From the IMG/VR virus record IMGVR_UViG_3300003323_000621, positions 8,153 to 72,152 of that record: a stretch of 64,000 nucleotides of DNA. One strand, written 5' to 3'. A program made the translations under genes and the position numbers. Positions within the stretch are counted from its first letter, which is position 1. The number at the start of each line of letters is the position of its first letter. Source of the stretch: a virus (lineage: Duplodnaviria > Heunggongvirae > Uroviricota > Caudoviricetes). The notes beneath the pieces are model-generated. The model was not told the origin of the DNA. It searched no databases and was given only the letters and a program-made list of their open reading frames with translations. Of this stretch, positions 36,827-45,095 are shown piece by piece.

Positions 36827-36881
36827 AAAAAACGATAATTAAAATGTTAAGAAATAGAATTTGTGTACTTATTTATTCCAG

Positions 36882-36998
36882 TTATCTATGATAACCAGAC
36901 ATAGCTCTTGTTGATGGACAACCATTTCTTTGTGATACACAACTTGTCATTAAAGAAATAGTCATTAACATTGCTGAAATGATTAGTAAATTTTTCAT
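36882..36998 (-). CDS. 38-aa micro-lipoprotein (below the ORF-track cutoff)
   Basis: Hand translation MKNLLIISAMLMTISLMTSCVSQRNGCPSTRAMSGYHR*; signal peptide plus lipobox LMTSC. Confidence 0.3.
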   Translation of the reverse strand: MKNLLIISAMLMTISLMTSCVSQRNGCPSTRAMSGYHR

Positions 36999-37022
36999 TT
37001 TATCTTTTTTAGATGTTTAATA

Positions 37023-37247
37023 TTATTCTTCTTGTCTTTCATAAAGATCATTATCAAGATCTTTATCTCCTCCACATCTGTATCTATTACCTTTACAGAT
37101 GAATCCATTATTAATTATCTTTTCTCTGATTTTCTCTAAATGTCTATCAAAGAAACCAATAACAAATAATATAATTGCCAATACAATGAGCATAATTATA
37201 CAAAAATGTACAATATTAACCTCATTATCAATAACTTGTTGTTGCAT
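37023..37247 (-). CDS. small membrane protein (1 transmembrane helix) with Cys-rich tail
   Basis: Hydrophobic segment VHFCIIMLIVLAIILFVIGFF; C-terminal CKGNRYRCGGDKD. Confidence 0.4.
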   Translation of the reverse strand: MQQQVIDNEVNIVHFCIIMLIVLAIILFVIGFFDRHLEKIREKIINNGFICKGNRYRCGGDKDLDNDLYERQEE

Positions 37248-37445
37248 AATTATTATTTTTTTAATGTTTTATAAACAAGCATACCCCACATAATTCCTAT
37301 TATGAAGCATACTAAATAAAAGATATATTCTTTCATACTGTCTTTTTAGAGGTTAAAAGAAAAGGACTATTAATATATAATAGCCCTTTATCTTAATCTA
37401 CATCAAAATAACCATTAACTATGAAACTCTACTCTTATAATATTT

Positions 37446-37790
37446 TTAAGATAATAATGTTAATATGACACCAGTCAGTATTAAAATAATACATATCAAA
37501 ACTATACCTATTAAAATTCCTTTACCTTCTGAACATTCTTTTTTATTATCAATAATGATAACAGCTTTCATGGCATTTTCACATGTATCATCTGCAACAT
37601 GTGTTTCCATATTTAACCATATGGTATCTCCATTAGAATAGTCATGAAAATCCCTTGAATTGACTTTTAAATGACTAATAGTATTATTTTCTAATACTTT
37701 TACTTTGAATTTGTACCCTAAATTTGTAGTACAACTTGACAATATACTTATAATTAATATAAGTATAAATAATTTTAATATTTGTTTCAT
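37446..37790 (-). CDS. lipoprotein with C-terminal transmembrane anchor
   Basis: Signal peptide plus lipobox ILSSC; C-terminal hydrophobic segment ILIGIVLICIILILTGVILTLL. Confidence 0.45.
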   Translation of the reverse strand: MKQILKLFILILIISILSSCTTNLGYKFKVKVLENNTISHLKVNSRDFHDYSNGDTIWLNMETHVADDTCENAMKAVIIIDNKKECSEGKGILIGIVLICIILILTGVILTLLS

Positions 37791-38337
37791 ATAGTTAGTT
37801 TTAGTAGAAAATATAAAGAGAATATAATGCTTATAAATCTATTGATAAGATAGATTACCACAGGATTAACATATCCTGGTGCTAATAGGAGTTATCAGCT
37901 CTTTACATCAGCTTTATGGAATTTCCATAATAAGATTATATATTCTCTTTATTAGTGTTCGTAGATCTAGCTTTATGCTAGTTAAATTAAAGAATATAAA
38001 CATATTCTTACATGATAATAATCCTCAATTAGGTCATAAATAATAGAGAGATTAGCTTATTGGGACTTCGATCCACTTAAACCCAACCTTCAGATTATAG
38101 TGTTTTACCAATCTCTCTATATTTACTTTTCATCAGTATGGACAGTAGAATACTATAATAAACCTACTTAATAGTTAATCCTGACTGGAATATTTACTAT
38201 AGTATTCTATAGAATATCAATTAACCATATAATACATTTATCTTCAATGTATTCCATAATTAGGATAAATTATATAACTAATTGATATTCAAGTCCATAA
38301 AGTATTTATTTACTTTTCTTTATTTTATTGTTATTGG

Positions 38338-38667
38338 TTAATTTTTAACCAAGATAAACTCTTCATTCAAATTATGTTCATTCCTCTTCCAATAACCTTC
38401 TTCAGTCTCTACTTTATTTACTAGATCAACAATAAATTGTTGACATTCTTTAGCAGTTCCAGTAAATAATAATTCAGATTTACTACCTCTATAGTAATTT
38501 TTGTATACTTTATGTTCTACACTAATTTCATTAGTTTCAACAGATTGTTTAAAATATGTATAATGATAGTATGAATCCTTACATATTCCTACTGGATAAG
38601 CAACTTGCTTAACATCTAATGATGTTATATCACTAAAATTATACAAAGTAATACCATTTTTATTCAT
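38338..38667 (-). CDS. hypothetical protein (109 aa)
   Basis: ORF track. Confidence 0.45.
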   Translation of the reverse strand: MNKNGITLYNFSDITSLDVKQVAYPVGICKDSYYHYTYFKQSVETNEISVEHKVYKNYYRGSKSELLFTGTAKECQQFIVDLVNKVETEEGYWKRNEHNLNEEFILVKN

Positions 38668-38676
38668 GGTTATTAG

Positions 38677-38883
38677 TTAATTTTGATAAAATTGTTTGTA
38701 TACACCATTAGCTAATACACAATGATCTACCTTTGATTTATTAACTAATTCTTCATTTATTTGTATAGAATTAGCTATTTCTTCTTTTCTGATGTATTTA
38801 AATGCTAATTTTTCATCATTGATCTTAGTTTGAACAATAAACTGTTCATTGTTTTTATATGTTATTAGCCAAAAGTAATTCAT
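38677..38883 (-). CDS. hypothetical protein (68 aa)
   Basis: ORF track. Confidence 0.4.
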   Translation of the reverse strand: MNYFWLITYKNNEQFIVQTKINDEKLAFKYIRKEEIANSIQINEELVNKSKVDHCVLANGVYKQFYQN

Positions 38884-38991
38884 AGTTAGTTGTTTTATAG
38901 TTAATGCTATTTAATATAGCTAGTTTTTGATGTAGTTATATAATAAAACTTAACTACTCCCTAATGTTCTACTAAAGAATAGTTAAGTTAA

Positions 38992-39177
38992 TTAAAGATT
39001 TTCCAGGTTTACATATTCCCACCTAGTTTCTCCATTCCTTGTTAATTGAAAGAAAAACTCTGTATTATTAGTATCAGCTTCATCAAACCTGATTCCAGTT
39101 AATGTATCAAATAATGAATTATATAAACCATGTAATTCAATATAAGTTAATGCTTGAATTAATGCTAGAGTTTTCAT
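38992..39177 (-). CDS. hypothetical protein (61 aa)
   Basis: ORF track. Confidence 0.35.
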   Translation of the reverse strand: MKTLALIQALTYIELHGLYNSLFDTLTGIRFDEADTNNTEFFFQLTRNGETRWEYVNLENL

Positions 39178-39630
39178 GTTAATGCTATTTTATGATGTAT
39201 AGTTGATGAAATTTAATGAAAGGTAATATGTGGAATAATAGAAAAGTAGGTTATAGCTTCTCTATTATTCACACATAAAACCTTTTGATTTACAATTAGT
39301 TCTACTCATAACCTGATTTTAATTTTTAAACTAATTACCCATACAAAGTTTACTAAGAATAGAATGTTCCACATGGAACAATGAGTATAATTTAGTTTAA
39401 TGTACTTTAGTAAAAGAGAATAGTGGATGTCATACATCAGTATTTATTGTAATCCTGCAGTATTACTACCTTCAATCTCATTTAAGATGGGGTTTTCACC
39501 CAAGTACTCCATTATTATTCTACTAAAGAAACTCTTAATATCAGCTAGAAATCAAAGAACTATGTAATTTGATCAATAGATCAAAGAATATAAAAATACT
39601 TAAAATTAATTTGATCAATCTTTTATGACA

Positions 39631-39658
39631 GCAAAAAAGCAAGGGCCATTGCTGGCCC
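39631..39658 (-). terminator. rho-independent terminator for minus-strand gene 39664..39939
   Basis: GC-rich hairpin GGGCCA-TTGC-TGGCCC (39643-39658) followed on the minus strand by a U-run (plus-strand AAAAAA at 39633-39638), directly after the stop codon. Confidence 0.6.
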
Positions 39659-39663
39659 ATTAC

Positions 39664-39939
39664 TTACAGGGTAACTTCCACATCTTTCTGTTCAACAATC
39701 ATGTGGTTAATATAAGGTTTACCAGAAGTCTTGCTATTTTTCTCACTAGAGACCAGCCTTAATTGCAAGTCCTTCTTAGTATTCAATGCTTTTATCATAT
39801 CCTCATGGATAACAACCATGAATCTTGGTAAATTATTCCAGAAAGTCAACCATTTTGTTGGTTGTCCTTTTTCATCTTTACCTCTTGTTAATGGTAAATC
39901 ATTTACGCCAAGTTTAAGTTTAATTTCAGAAAGTAACAT
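39664..39939 (-). CDS. hypothetical protein (91 aa); first gene of the minus-strand module
   Basis: ORF track; followed by a terminator. Confidence 0.45.
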   Translation of the reverse strand: MLLSEIKLKLGVNDLPLTRGKDEKGQPTKWLTFWNNLPRFMVVIHEDMIKALNTKKDLQLRLVSSEKNSKTSGKPYINHMIVEQKDVEVTL

Positions 39940-40244
39940 AAATAAAAGATTTGATTAATTAATAAAAGTACAGGGGATAACCCCCAAGTCCAAATATAAG
40001 GTGGGGAGTTGATGTGACTACCTTTTTAAAAACATCTTTATATTATATTTTGGGAGGGGGGATAATATTAAAGGTTTTCAAAAACACAGTTATAAAGTAC
40101 TTGTAAATTTTGGTGGGGTAAAATTTTTTTGGTATTTTTGAGTATGATAAATAATAGACAAGAGATATTAGATAATATGGTATATATACCAAGTTTCATA
40201 AATGAGAATGAGTATAATTTTATCTCTATTAAAAAGATATTAAA

Positions 40245-40640
40245 ATGGAAGAAAAGACTAAGGTCTGTAAAAAGTGTGGATGTTGTAAACCAGAGAGGGA
40301 ATTCAAAAAGATGGCTGTGTGCATATCTTGTGAAAATAGTACCAGGAATAAGTCTAAAAAGAAAACACAAAAGAATATTCAAAGATCTAAGGAAACTACC
40401 TTAAAATCAAGATATGGTATATCTACATTTGAATATAATGAGATGTTATTACAACAAGAAGGTAGATGTAAAATATGTGGAAAAACAAGTGATAAAACAT
40501 TACATATAGATCATAATCATAGTACAGGAAAAGTAAGAGCTTTATTATGTAATAATTGTAATATACTTATAGGACATGCTAAAGAAGATCCTTTAATATT
40601 ACAACAAGCAATGAATTATTTAATGATATATAATGGATAA
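40245..40640 (+). CDS. HNH endonuclease, T4 endonuclease VII-like
   Basis: VCKKCGCCK zinc motif; LHIDHNHSTGKVRALLCNNCN matches the EndoVII HxDH..G.VRGLLC..CN signature; first gene of the plus-strand packaging module. Confidence 0.7.
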   Translation: MEEKTKVCKKCGCCKPEREFKKMAVCISCENSTRNKSKKKTQKNIQRSKETTLKSRYGISTFEYNEMLLQQEGRCKICGKTSDKTLHIDHNHSTGKVRALLCNNCNILIGHAKEDPLILQQAMNYLMIYNG

Positions 40641-41160
40641 CAAAATGGATAACAAAAAAGACAAATGGATATTTGATGATAAAAATATTAGGTGGGAACC
40701 ATATGAACAATATCTTAAAAGAAAAAGGAGGAATATGAATACAAGAAGAATAAGTAGTAAATCAGAGGAGGTCAAATTATTAAGTGCTGAAAATCACCTT
40801 ATTACACTAAGTAGTATAGATTTATATTATTGTTTGGAGAAAGAATATAAATTAGAAGAATATATTGATACAAAGGAAATGGGATTTGAGCATCAAGTAA
40901 ATAGTATATCTGATGCTAGAATGATAAAAGATGAAAATAATAATCCTTTAGATATAATTATAATAGAAGATGAAAAAGAGAGTTATTGGATAAATTATAT
41001 AGATTATATATTTTTGAGAAAATCATTAGATATACTCTTATTATTAAAATTTGAATATGAAGTAGGAGATATAAATCCTTTAGATCCTAGTACAGCAAAT
41101 AAAGAAGTATTAGATTTTGGATATAAAATTACTATAATAGGAAAAAGAAAGCTATATTAA
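40633..41160 (+). CDS. hypothetical protein (175 aa)
   Basis: ORF track; followed by a terminator. Confidence 0.5.
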   Translation: MDNKMDNKKDKWIFDDKNIRWEPYEQYLKRKRRNMNTRRISSKSEEVKLLSAENHLITLSSIDLYYCLEKEYKLEEYIDTKEMGFEHQVNSISDARMIKDENNNPLDIIIIEDEKESYWINYIDYIFLRKSLDILLLLKFEYEVGDINPLDPSTANKEVLDFGYKITIIGKRKLY

Positions 41161-41179
41161 TGTAAATTATTTTTAATAA

Positions 41180-41210
41180 TACCAGTAAATATTTTGCTGG
41201 TATTTTTTTT
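41180..41210 (+). terminator. rho-independent terminator
   Basis: Hairpin TACCAG-TAAATATTTTG-CTGGTA followed by TTTTTTTT. Confidence 0.65.
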
Positions 41211-41526
41211 ATATCTATATTTGTATATCAATTCCTTAATCACAAGGTACTCTTCTCATAAGAACAGGGCAGAACTTCAGGTAAACACTCCTGTTGGATC
41301 TTGTAAATTGATTCATGTAAAAGGTTACCTCTGAATCAGGACTGATATTTAAAATACAATGCTTCTTTGGTTCTTTTTTGGGGGGTTTTTTCTTTCTTTC
41401 TTCTGGTATTTTAAATATCTTTAAACAATATTTTTTACATAATATAGCATTAAGTTTAAAATAATATCTAAATAAATTTGTTAGATATAAGATATTGTGT
41501 TTACTTTGTAATAATAACAAAAGGAC

Positions 41527-41904
41527 ATGGATAAGGAATTAGTATATGTACAAAAACTAAAAAAGAGATACCAGGAAAAGTTAGTAAGGGCTTATACTTA
41601 TTATAGTATAATTAATTCTTTGAATAATTTAAAATTAACAAAGAAGCAGATAGAGTTATTATCATTTACTGCTATCAGAGGTACTATATCATCACCTACA
41701 GCAAAGACTGAGTTTATAAGGTTATATGGATCTTCTGTAGATAGTATAAACAACATGATTTCTCAGCTTTATAAGAGGAAATTATTAATAAAGGAAAATT
41801 CCAAGATAAAGGTAAATTCTGTAATATTGCCAGATTTTGTAAATTCAGAAATAATTCTTAATATTGTATTAGAACTAAATGAGTTAAATACAAATGAAAA
41901 ATAA
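41527..41904 (+). CDS. hypothetical protein (125 aa)
   Basis: ORF track; starts a run of tightly overlapping plus-strand genes. Confidence 0.5.
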   Translation: MDKELVYVQKLKKRYQEKLVRAYTYYSIINSLNNLKLTKKQIELLSFTAIRGTISSPTAKTEFIRLYGSSVDSINNMISQLYKRKLLIKENSKIKVNSVILPDFVNSEIILNIVLELNELNTNEK

Positions 41905-42247
41905 AGATTATTTTATACAGAAGACAGCAGAAGATTTAAATGTAGAAGTATCTTTAGTAGATAAAATAATTACTACTTCTTATAAAGATTTAATAAGAGT
42001 AATATCTCATACAGATGTTTCTAAAGTAGAAATAGGAGGATTAGGTAAATTAAATTTTAATATCTCAAAAGCAGAAAAGAAATTAGATAAGTTATATGCA
42101 AGGAGAGATTATTTGGAACAAAAGATTAACTCATATAAAATTGTTCCAGTATCCCAGGAAGAAGAGAAAAGAACATCAAAGATTTATAGTGGAGTATTAA
42201 GGGATATAAAGAATATTGAGAATAAACTAAGAAAAGATAATGAGTAG
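41894..42247 (+). CDS. hypothetical protein (117 aa)
   Basis: ORF track. Confidence 0.5.
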   Translation: MKNKDYFIQKTAEDLNVEVSLVDKIITTSYKDLIRVISHTDVSKVEIGGLGKLNFNISKAEKKLDKLYARRDYLEQKINSYKIVPVSQEEEKRTSKIYSGVLRDIKNIENKLRKDNE

Positions 42248-42593
42248 TTTAATAAAAAATATCTGGAAAAATAAAAAGTTGATTTTAGAGGGATTAGTAA
42301 ATAAAGTCTTAGCCAAAGAAGAGGTAACTAAAGTAGCAAATGAAAGGAAATTAATTTGTTTAAAGTGTCCATTACATTCTCATAATGCTAAAAAATTAAT
42401 AGGTTATTCATCTGATAGGATAGATGATCATTGTATATTATGTGGATGTAATATAGAATTAAAGACTTATTCACTTCATTCTTCATGTCCAGATACTCCT
42501 CCTAAATGGAGTGCAGTAGTGGATAATGAGGAGGAAAATTTACTCATCCAACAATATATTAAAGATGAATCCAAAGAAGAAAGCAGTAGCTAA
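42240..42593 (+). CDS. Cys/His zinc-finger-like protein (117 aa)
   Basis: CLKCPLHSH ... HCILCGC ... SSC cysteine/histidine clusters. Confidence 0.45.
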   Translation: MSSLIKNIWKNKKLILEGLVNKVLAKEEVTKVANERKLICLKCPLHSHNAKKLIGYSSDRIDDHCILCGCNIELKTYSLHSSCPDTPPKWSAVVDNEEENLLIQQYIKDESKEESSS

Positions 42594-42846
42594 GAATGTA
42601 AAACTTCAAGATTTGATTAGGGCATTACAAGCATTAAAGGTAAAGTATATTGATGTAGAGATACAACAATTTCTGGATTCTCAAAACAAGTTAATAATTA
42701 AACCAGTTTATGAAAATGATATTCCTGAAGATAATGGTAAAGTTAACAAATCCTCTATTCCAGAGGAAGTTGATGATTCTGTCAAGAATACTGACAGTGA
42801 CATAAATGATGATAGAGAAATAAAAGATTTGTTGGATTTAATATAA
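42565..42846 (+). CDS. hypothetical acidic protein
   Basis: Start moved from the ORF-track 42526 to the internal Met (MNPKKKAV) to reduce overlap with the upstream gene. Confidence 0.4.
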   Translation: MNPKKKAVAKNVKLQDLIRALQALKVKYIDVEIQQFLDSQNKLIIKPVYENDIPEDNGKVNKSSIPEEVDDSVKNTDSDINDDREIKDLLDLI

Positions 42847-42863
42847 AGTATTATCTTTGTTAA

Positions 42864-43196
42864 ATGAAAATAAAATCACTTATTCCAAAGAATGGAACTC
42901 AGGTTTTTGGAAGAGATATAAAAATTACTTTTGTAAATAAAGAAGATACCTCAGAAAATAAGATTTGGTATGGTGCAGTAAATTTAAGAACTTCAGAAAT
43001 ATATTTAAGAAAAGAGAACAAGGGCAATCATATTAATAAGGATGAAATAGAAATTACTTACATACATGAATTAATGCATTACATTCTAACAAAGGCAGGT
43101 TATTCTCAGAAATTGGAGAATGCAGGAATAGATGAAGAAGAGTTAGTAGAAATGATAGCAGTAGGATTATATGATGCAATTAAAAATTCAAGATAA
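42864..43196 (+). CDS. HExxH-motif putative zinc metallopeptidase-like protein
   Basis: ITYIHELMHYILTKAGY contains HELMH; small single-domain protein. Confidence 0.4.
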   Translation: MKIKSLIPKNGTQVFGRDIKITFVNKEDTSENKIWYGAVNLRTSEIYLRKENKGNHINKDEIEITYIHELMHYILTKAGYSQKLENAGIDEEELVEMIAVGLYDAIKNSR

Positions 43197-43432
43197 TGAA
43201 TTGTCTAGCATATGCTTTAAGATTTTGGGAAAATAATCCTCATTATAAGCTTTATTATAATTCTGATCATGTAATAAATTTACCAAATAATACAGATGAT
43301 ACTATACTAAGTATAGCTACAAATTATTTGCCAGCAGAAGGATTTGGATATGGTTATTTTAGTAGTTCTTTTGCTGGATTATTAGATAGTTATGAAGAGG
43401 AATTATTGAAAAAATACTTTAATAAAAACTAA
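43196..43432 (+). CDS. hypothetical protein (78 aa)
   Basis: ORF track; start overlaps the preceding stop. Confidence 0.45.
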   Translation: MNCLAYALRFWENNPHYKLYYNSDHVINLPNNTDDTILSIATNYLPAEGFGYGYFSSSFAGLLDSYEEELLKKYFNKN

Positions 43433-43434
43433 AT

Positions 43435-43650
43435 ATGACAACTGAAGAATTAGTAAAACTGGTAGAAGCTAAGGAAGCTGCCATGGAAAGTGTAAGAGAG
43501 AATATAAACAAAAGATTTTTAAATCTTAAGAATCTTGTAGGATGTATTAATCCATCAGAAAGTAAAGAATTTAATGCAGAAAAAGATTCTATTTTAATAG
43601 AAATAGATAATATAAATAACAGAGTAGTTAAACTTTTACAATATAAATAA
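43435..43650 (+). CDS. hypothetical protein (71 aa)
   Basis: ORF track. Confidence 0.45.
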   Translation: MTTEELVKLVEAKEAAMESVRENINKRFLNLKNLVGCINPSESKEFNAEKDSILIEIDNINNRVVKLLQYK

Positions 43651-43862
43651 TGGCAAATAGAAAACAAACCAAAATATTTACTATAAATGGAGTAGTAAAA
43701 ATGGAAGTATCTATTGATATAGAAGCTGAAGATTATACACAAGCTTTTGAAAGAGCAAAGTCATTTACAGAATTAGACTTTGTAAAACCATTAGGGGATT
43801 ATATAGATGGTGAATATATGGGAGTAAGTAGTATATGGTCAAGAGAACCAAGTAAAATATAG
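43650..43862 (+). CDS. hypothetical protein (70 aa)
   Basis: ORF track. Confidence 0.45.
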   Translation: MANRKQTKIFTINGVVKMEVSIDIEAEDYTQAFERAKSFTELDFVKPLGDYIDGEYMGVSSIWSREPSKI

Positions 43863-43864
43863 TT

Positions 43865-44176
43865 ATGATTTATAGTGAAGTTATAGATGGAATTATATAT
43901 ATACAAAAGAATAATCTTCCTGAAGTTAAGAGAGGAGATGTAATATGCAGAGGTTTAAATAAAGAAAAGTATACCATTGATGAAGCAATAGTTAAGGATG
44001 TAGTAGAAGGGAAAATAATAGTAGATTATGATGGATTAATTTTCCACTGTAATTCTAAAATAAATAGGGGTGAAAGACATTCTGAAAAAGTTAAGCAATT
44101 GTTTAAAGAGGGTGATATATACAAGAAAGTTTGGGAAGGGGATTATTATGTAATAAAGGCATTAAGTATTTTCTAA
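43865..44176 (+). CDS. hypothetical protein (103 aa)
   Basis: ORF track. Confidence 0.45.
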   Translation: MIYSEVIDGIIYIQKNNLPEVKRGDVICRGLNKEKYTIDEAIVKDVVEGKIIVDYDGLIFHCNSKINRGERHSEKVKQLFKEGDIYKKVWEGDYYVIKALSIF

Positions 44177-44196
44177 ATATAGCTAAATCATAAAAT

Positions 44197-44682
44197 ATGA
44201 TTTTACAATTAAATCCAATGATCCCTATATTAAGAGTATCAGATAGTTTAGAAGGTTATGCTTTTTTAGTTATAGATTATTCTCAGGAGCATGATTTACT
44301 ATTTACTTGTGCTATGGATAATGGAGAAATATGGACTTTAAACAATAAAGAAATAAGATTTTGTAAAAATATAAGTATGGATAGAAGTATAATAACTAAG
44401 ACCAATAATATTGAAGAACAAAGAGGAGTTTGGAGAAAAGTAAATTCTAAGAAAAATAAGGAAGAAAGAGAAATTGTAGTTAGATTACTTCCTGATGGAA
44501 CTTCAGATATTTTAATGGAGGGAATGGAAATAGAATTTACTGAAGATGGTGGGATGTTTAAAAAAGGGGAAAAGGGAAAAATTTTGGAGTTTAGTGAAGA
44601 TGGTAAGTTTTTCTATTATAATGGAAGTCTTGCAATTTCTACTTCAGATAAAAGATTTAAAATATTAAAACCAAATATATAA
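44197..44682 (+). CDS. hypothetical protein (161 aa)
   Basis: ORF track. Confidence 0.5.
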   Translation: MILQLNPMIPILRVSDSLEGYAFLVIDYSQEHDLLFTCAMDNGEIWTLNNKEIRFCKNISMDRSIITKTNNIEEQRGVWRKVNSKKNKEEREIVVRLLPDGTSDILMEGMEIEFTEDGGMFKKGEKGKILEFSEDGKFFYYNGSLAISTSDKRFKILKPNI

Positions 44683-44683
44683 T

Positions 44684-44896
44684 ATGGAATTAGTCATACA
44701 AACATCTTTTAGAGGATTTAAACCAGGATCACCTGGAAGAGTTGGAATGGTTACTTTAAAAGTAATGGATGAAAATGGTAATCAGTTAGGGTTAATTACA
44801 GGGGATCAATTAAAGCAGCAATTAAATGCTTATAGTTTTGATGTAATTGATCTAAAGAGTAAATTAGCTAAAGAAAAAATGAGTGAAGAAGAGTAA
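44684..44896 (+). CDS. hypothetical protein (70 aa)
   Basis: ORF track; followed by hairpin CTACTAAG-CAGAAC-CTTAGTAG. Confidence 0.45.
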   Translation: MELVIQTSFRGFKPGSPGRVGMVTLKVMDENGNQLGLITGDQLKQQLNAYSFDVIDLKSKLAKEKMSEEE

Positions 44897-44933
44897 GTAC
44901 ACTCTCTACTAAGCAGAACCTTAGTAGCCTCAC

Positions 44934-45005
44934 TGACTAATAGCTCAATGGTAGAGCAAAGTGCTGTTAACACTTGGGTTCTAGGTTCAAGTCCTAGTTA
45001 GTCAG
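44934..45005 (+). tRNA. tRNA-Asn (anticodon GTT)
   Basis: Manual fold: acceptor TGACTAA/TTAGTCA, D-stem GCTC/GAGC, anticodon stem AAGTG/CACTT with loop CTGTTAA, T-arm CTAGG-TTCAAGT-CCTAG. Confidence 0.7.
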
Positions 45006-45010
45006 CAAAT

Positions 45011-45081
45011 ATCTGGGTCATCTAATGGTAAGATGCTGGTCTCCAAAACCAGACATGGTGGTTCAAATCCATCCCTGGGTG
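45011..45081 (+). tRNA. tRNA-Trp (anticodon CCA)
   Basis: Manual fold: D-stem ATCT/AGAT, anticodon stem CTGGT/ACCAG with loop CTCCAAA, T-arm GGTGG-TTCAAAT-CCATC; acceptor ATCTGGG/CCTGGGT pairs only with three G.U wobbles. Confidence 0.55.
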
Positions 45082-45095
45082 CTAAAAAACTAAAT

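Noticed and set aside
38040-38110. Possible tRNA-like sequence (GGGACTTCGATCCACTTAAACCC)
   Set aside because: It contains a TTCGATCC T-loop-like string, but no 7-bp acceptor stem, D-arm or anticodon arm could be formed on either strand. It forms only a simple TTGGG...CCCAA hairpin.
26727-38337. Stop-codon recoding (alternative genetic code) as the explanation for the large ORF-free islands
   Set aside because: The late structural genes (terL, portal, capsid candidate) are long intact ORFs in the standard code and no suppressor tRNA is present. In the island checked (26821..26880), TAA-type stops are frequent in at least one minus-strand frame. Genuine non-coding or micro-ORF content is the more economical reading. 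Full stop-codon bookkeeping per frame was not done for every island.
791-39958. Plus-strand ORFs within the minus-strand module (for example 791..976, 1830..2045, 5457..5642, 8865..9104, 9860..10186, 10585..10773, 12931..13350, 15671..16129, 18187..18378, 19470..19682, 20950..21159, 22040..22300, 22684..22911, 24331..24585, 32742..33131, 36161..36379, 37099..37293, 39731..39958)
   Set aside because: Each is antisense to a longer co-oriented minus-strand gene and has hydrophobic low-complexity composition. The minus-strand module shows uniform orientation and tight packing that these ORFs would break.
40129-40404. Plus-strand ORF upstream of and overlapping the HNH gene
   Set aside because: It starts with a non-ATG (TTG) codon inside a T-run and overlaps the clearly real HNH gene by 160 nt in another frame. 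It is probably spurious or at most a short leader peptide, so it was not listed as a feature.
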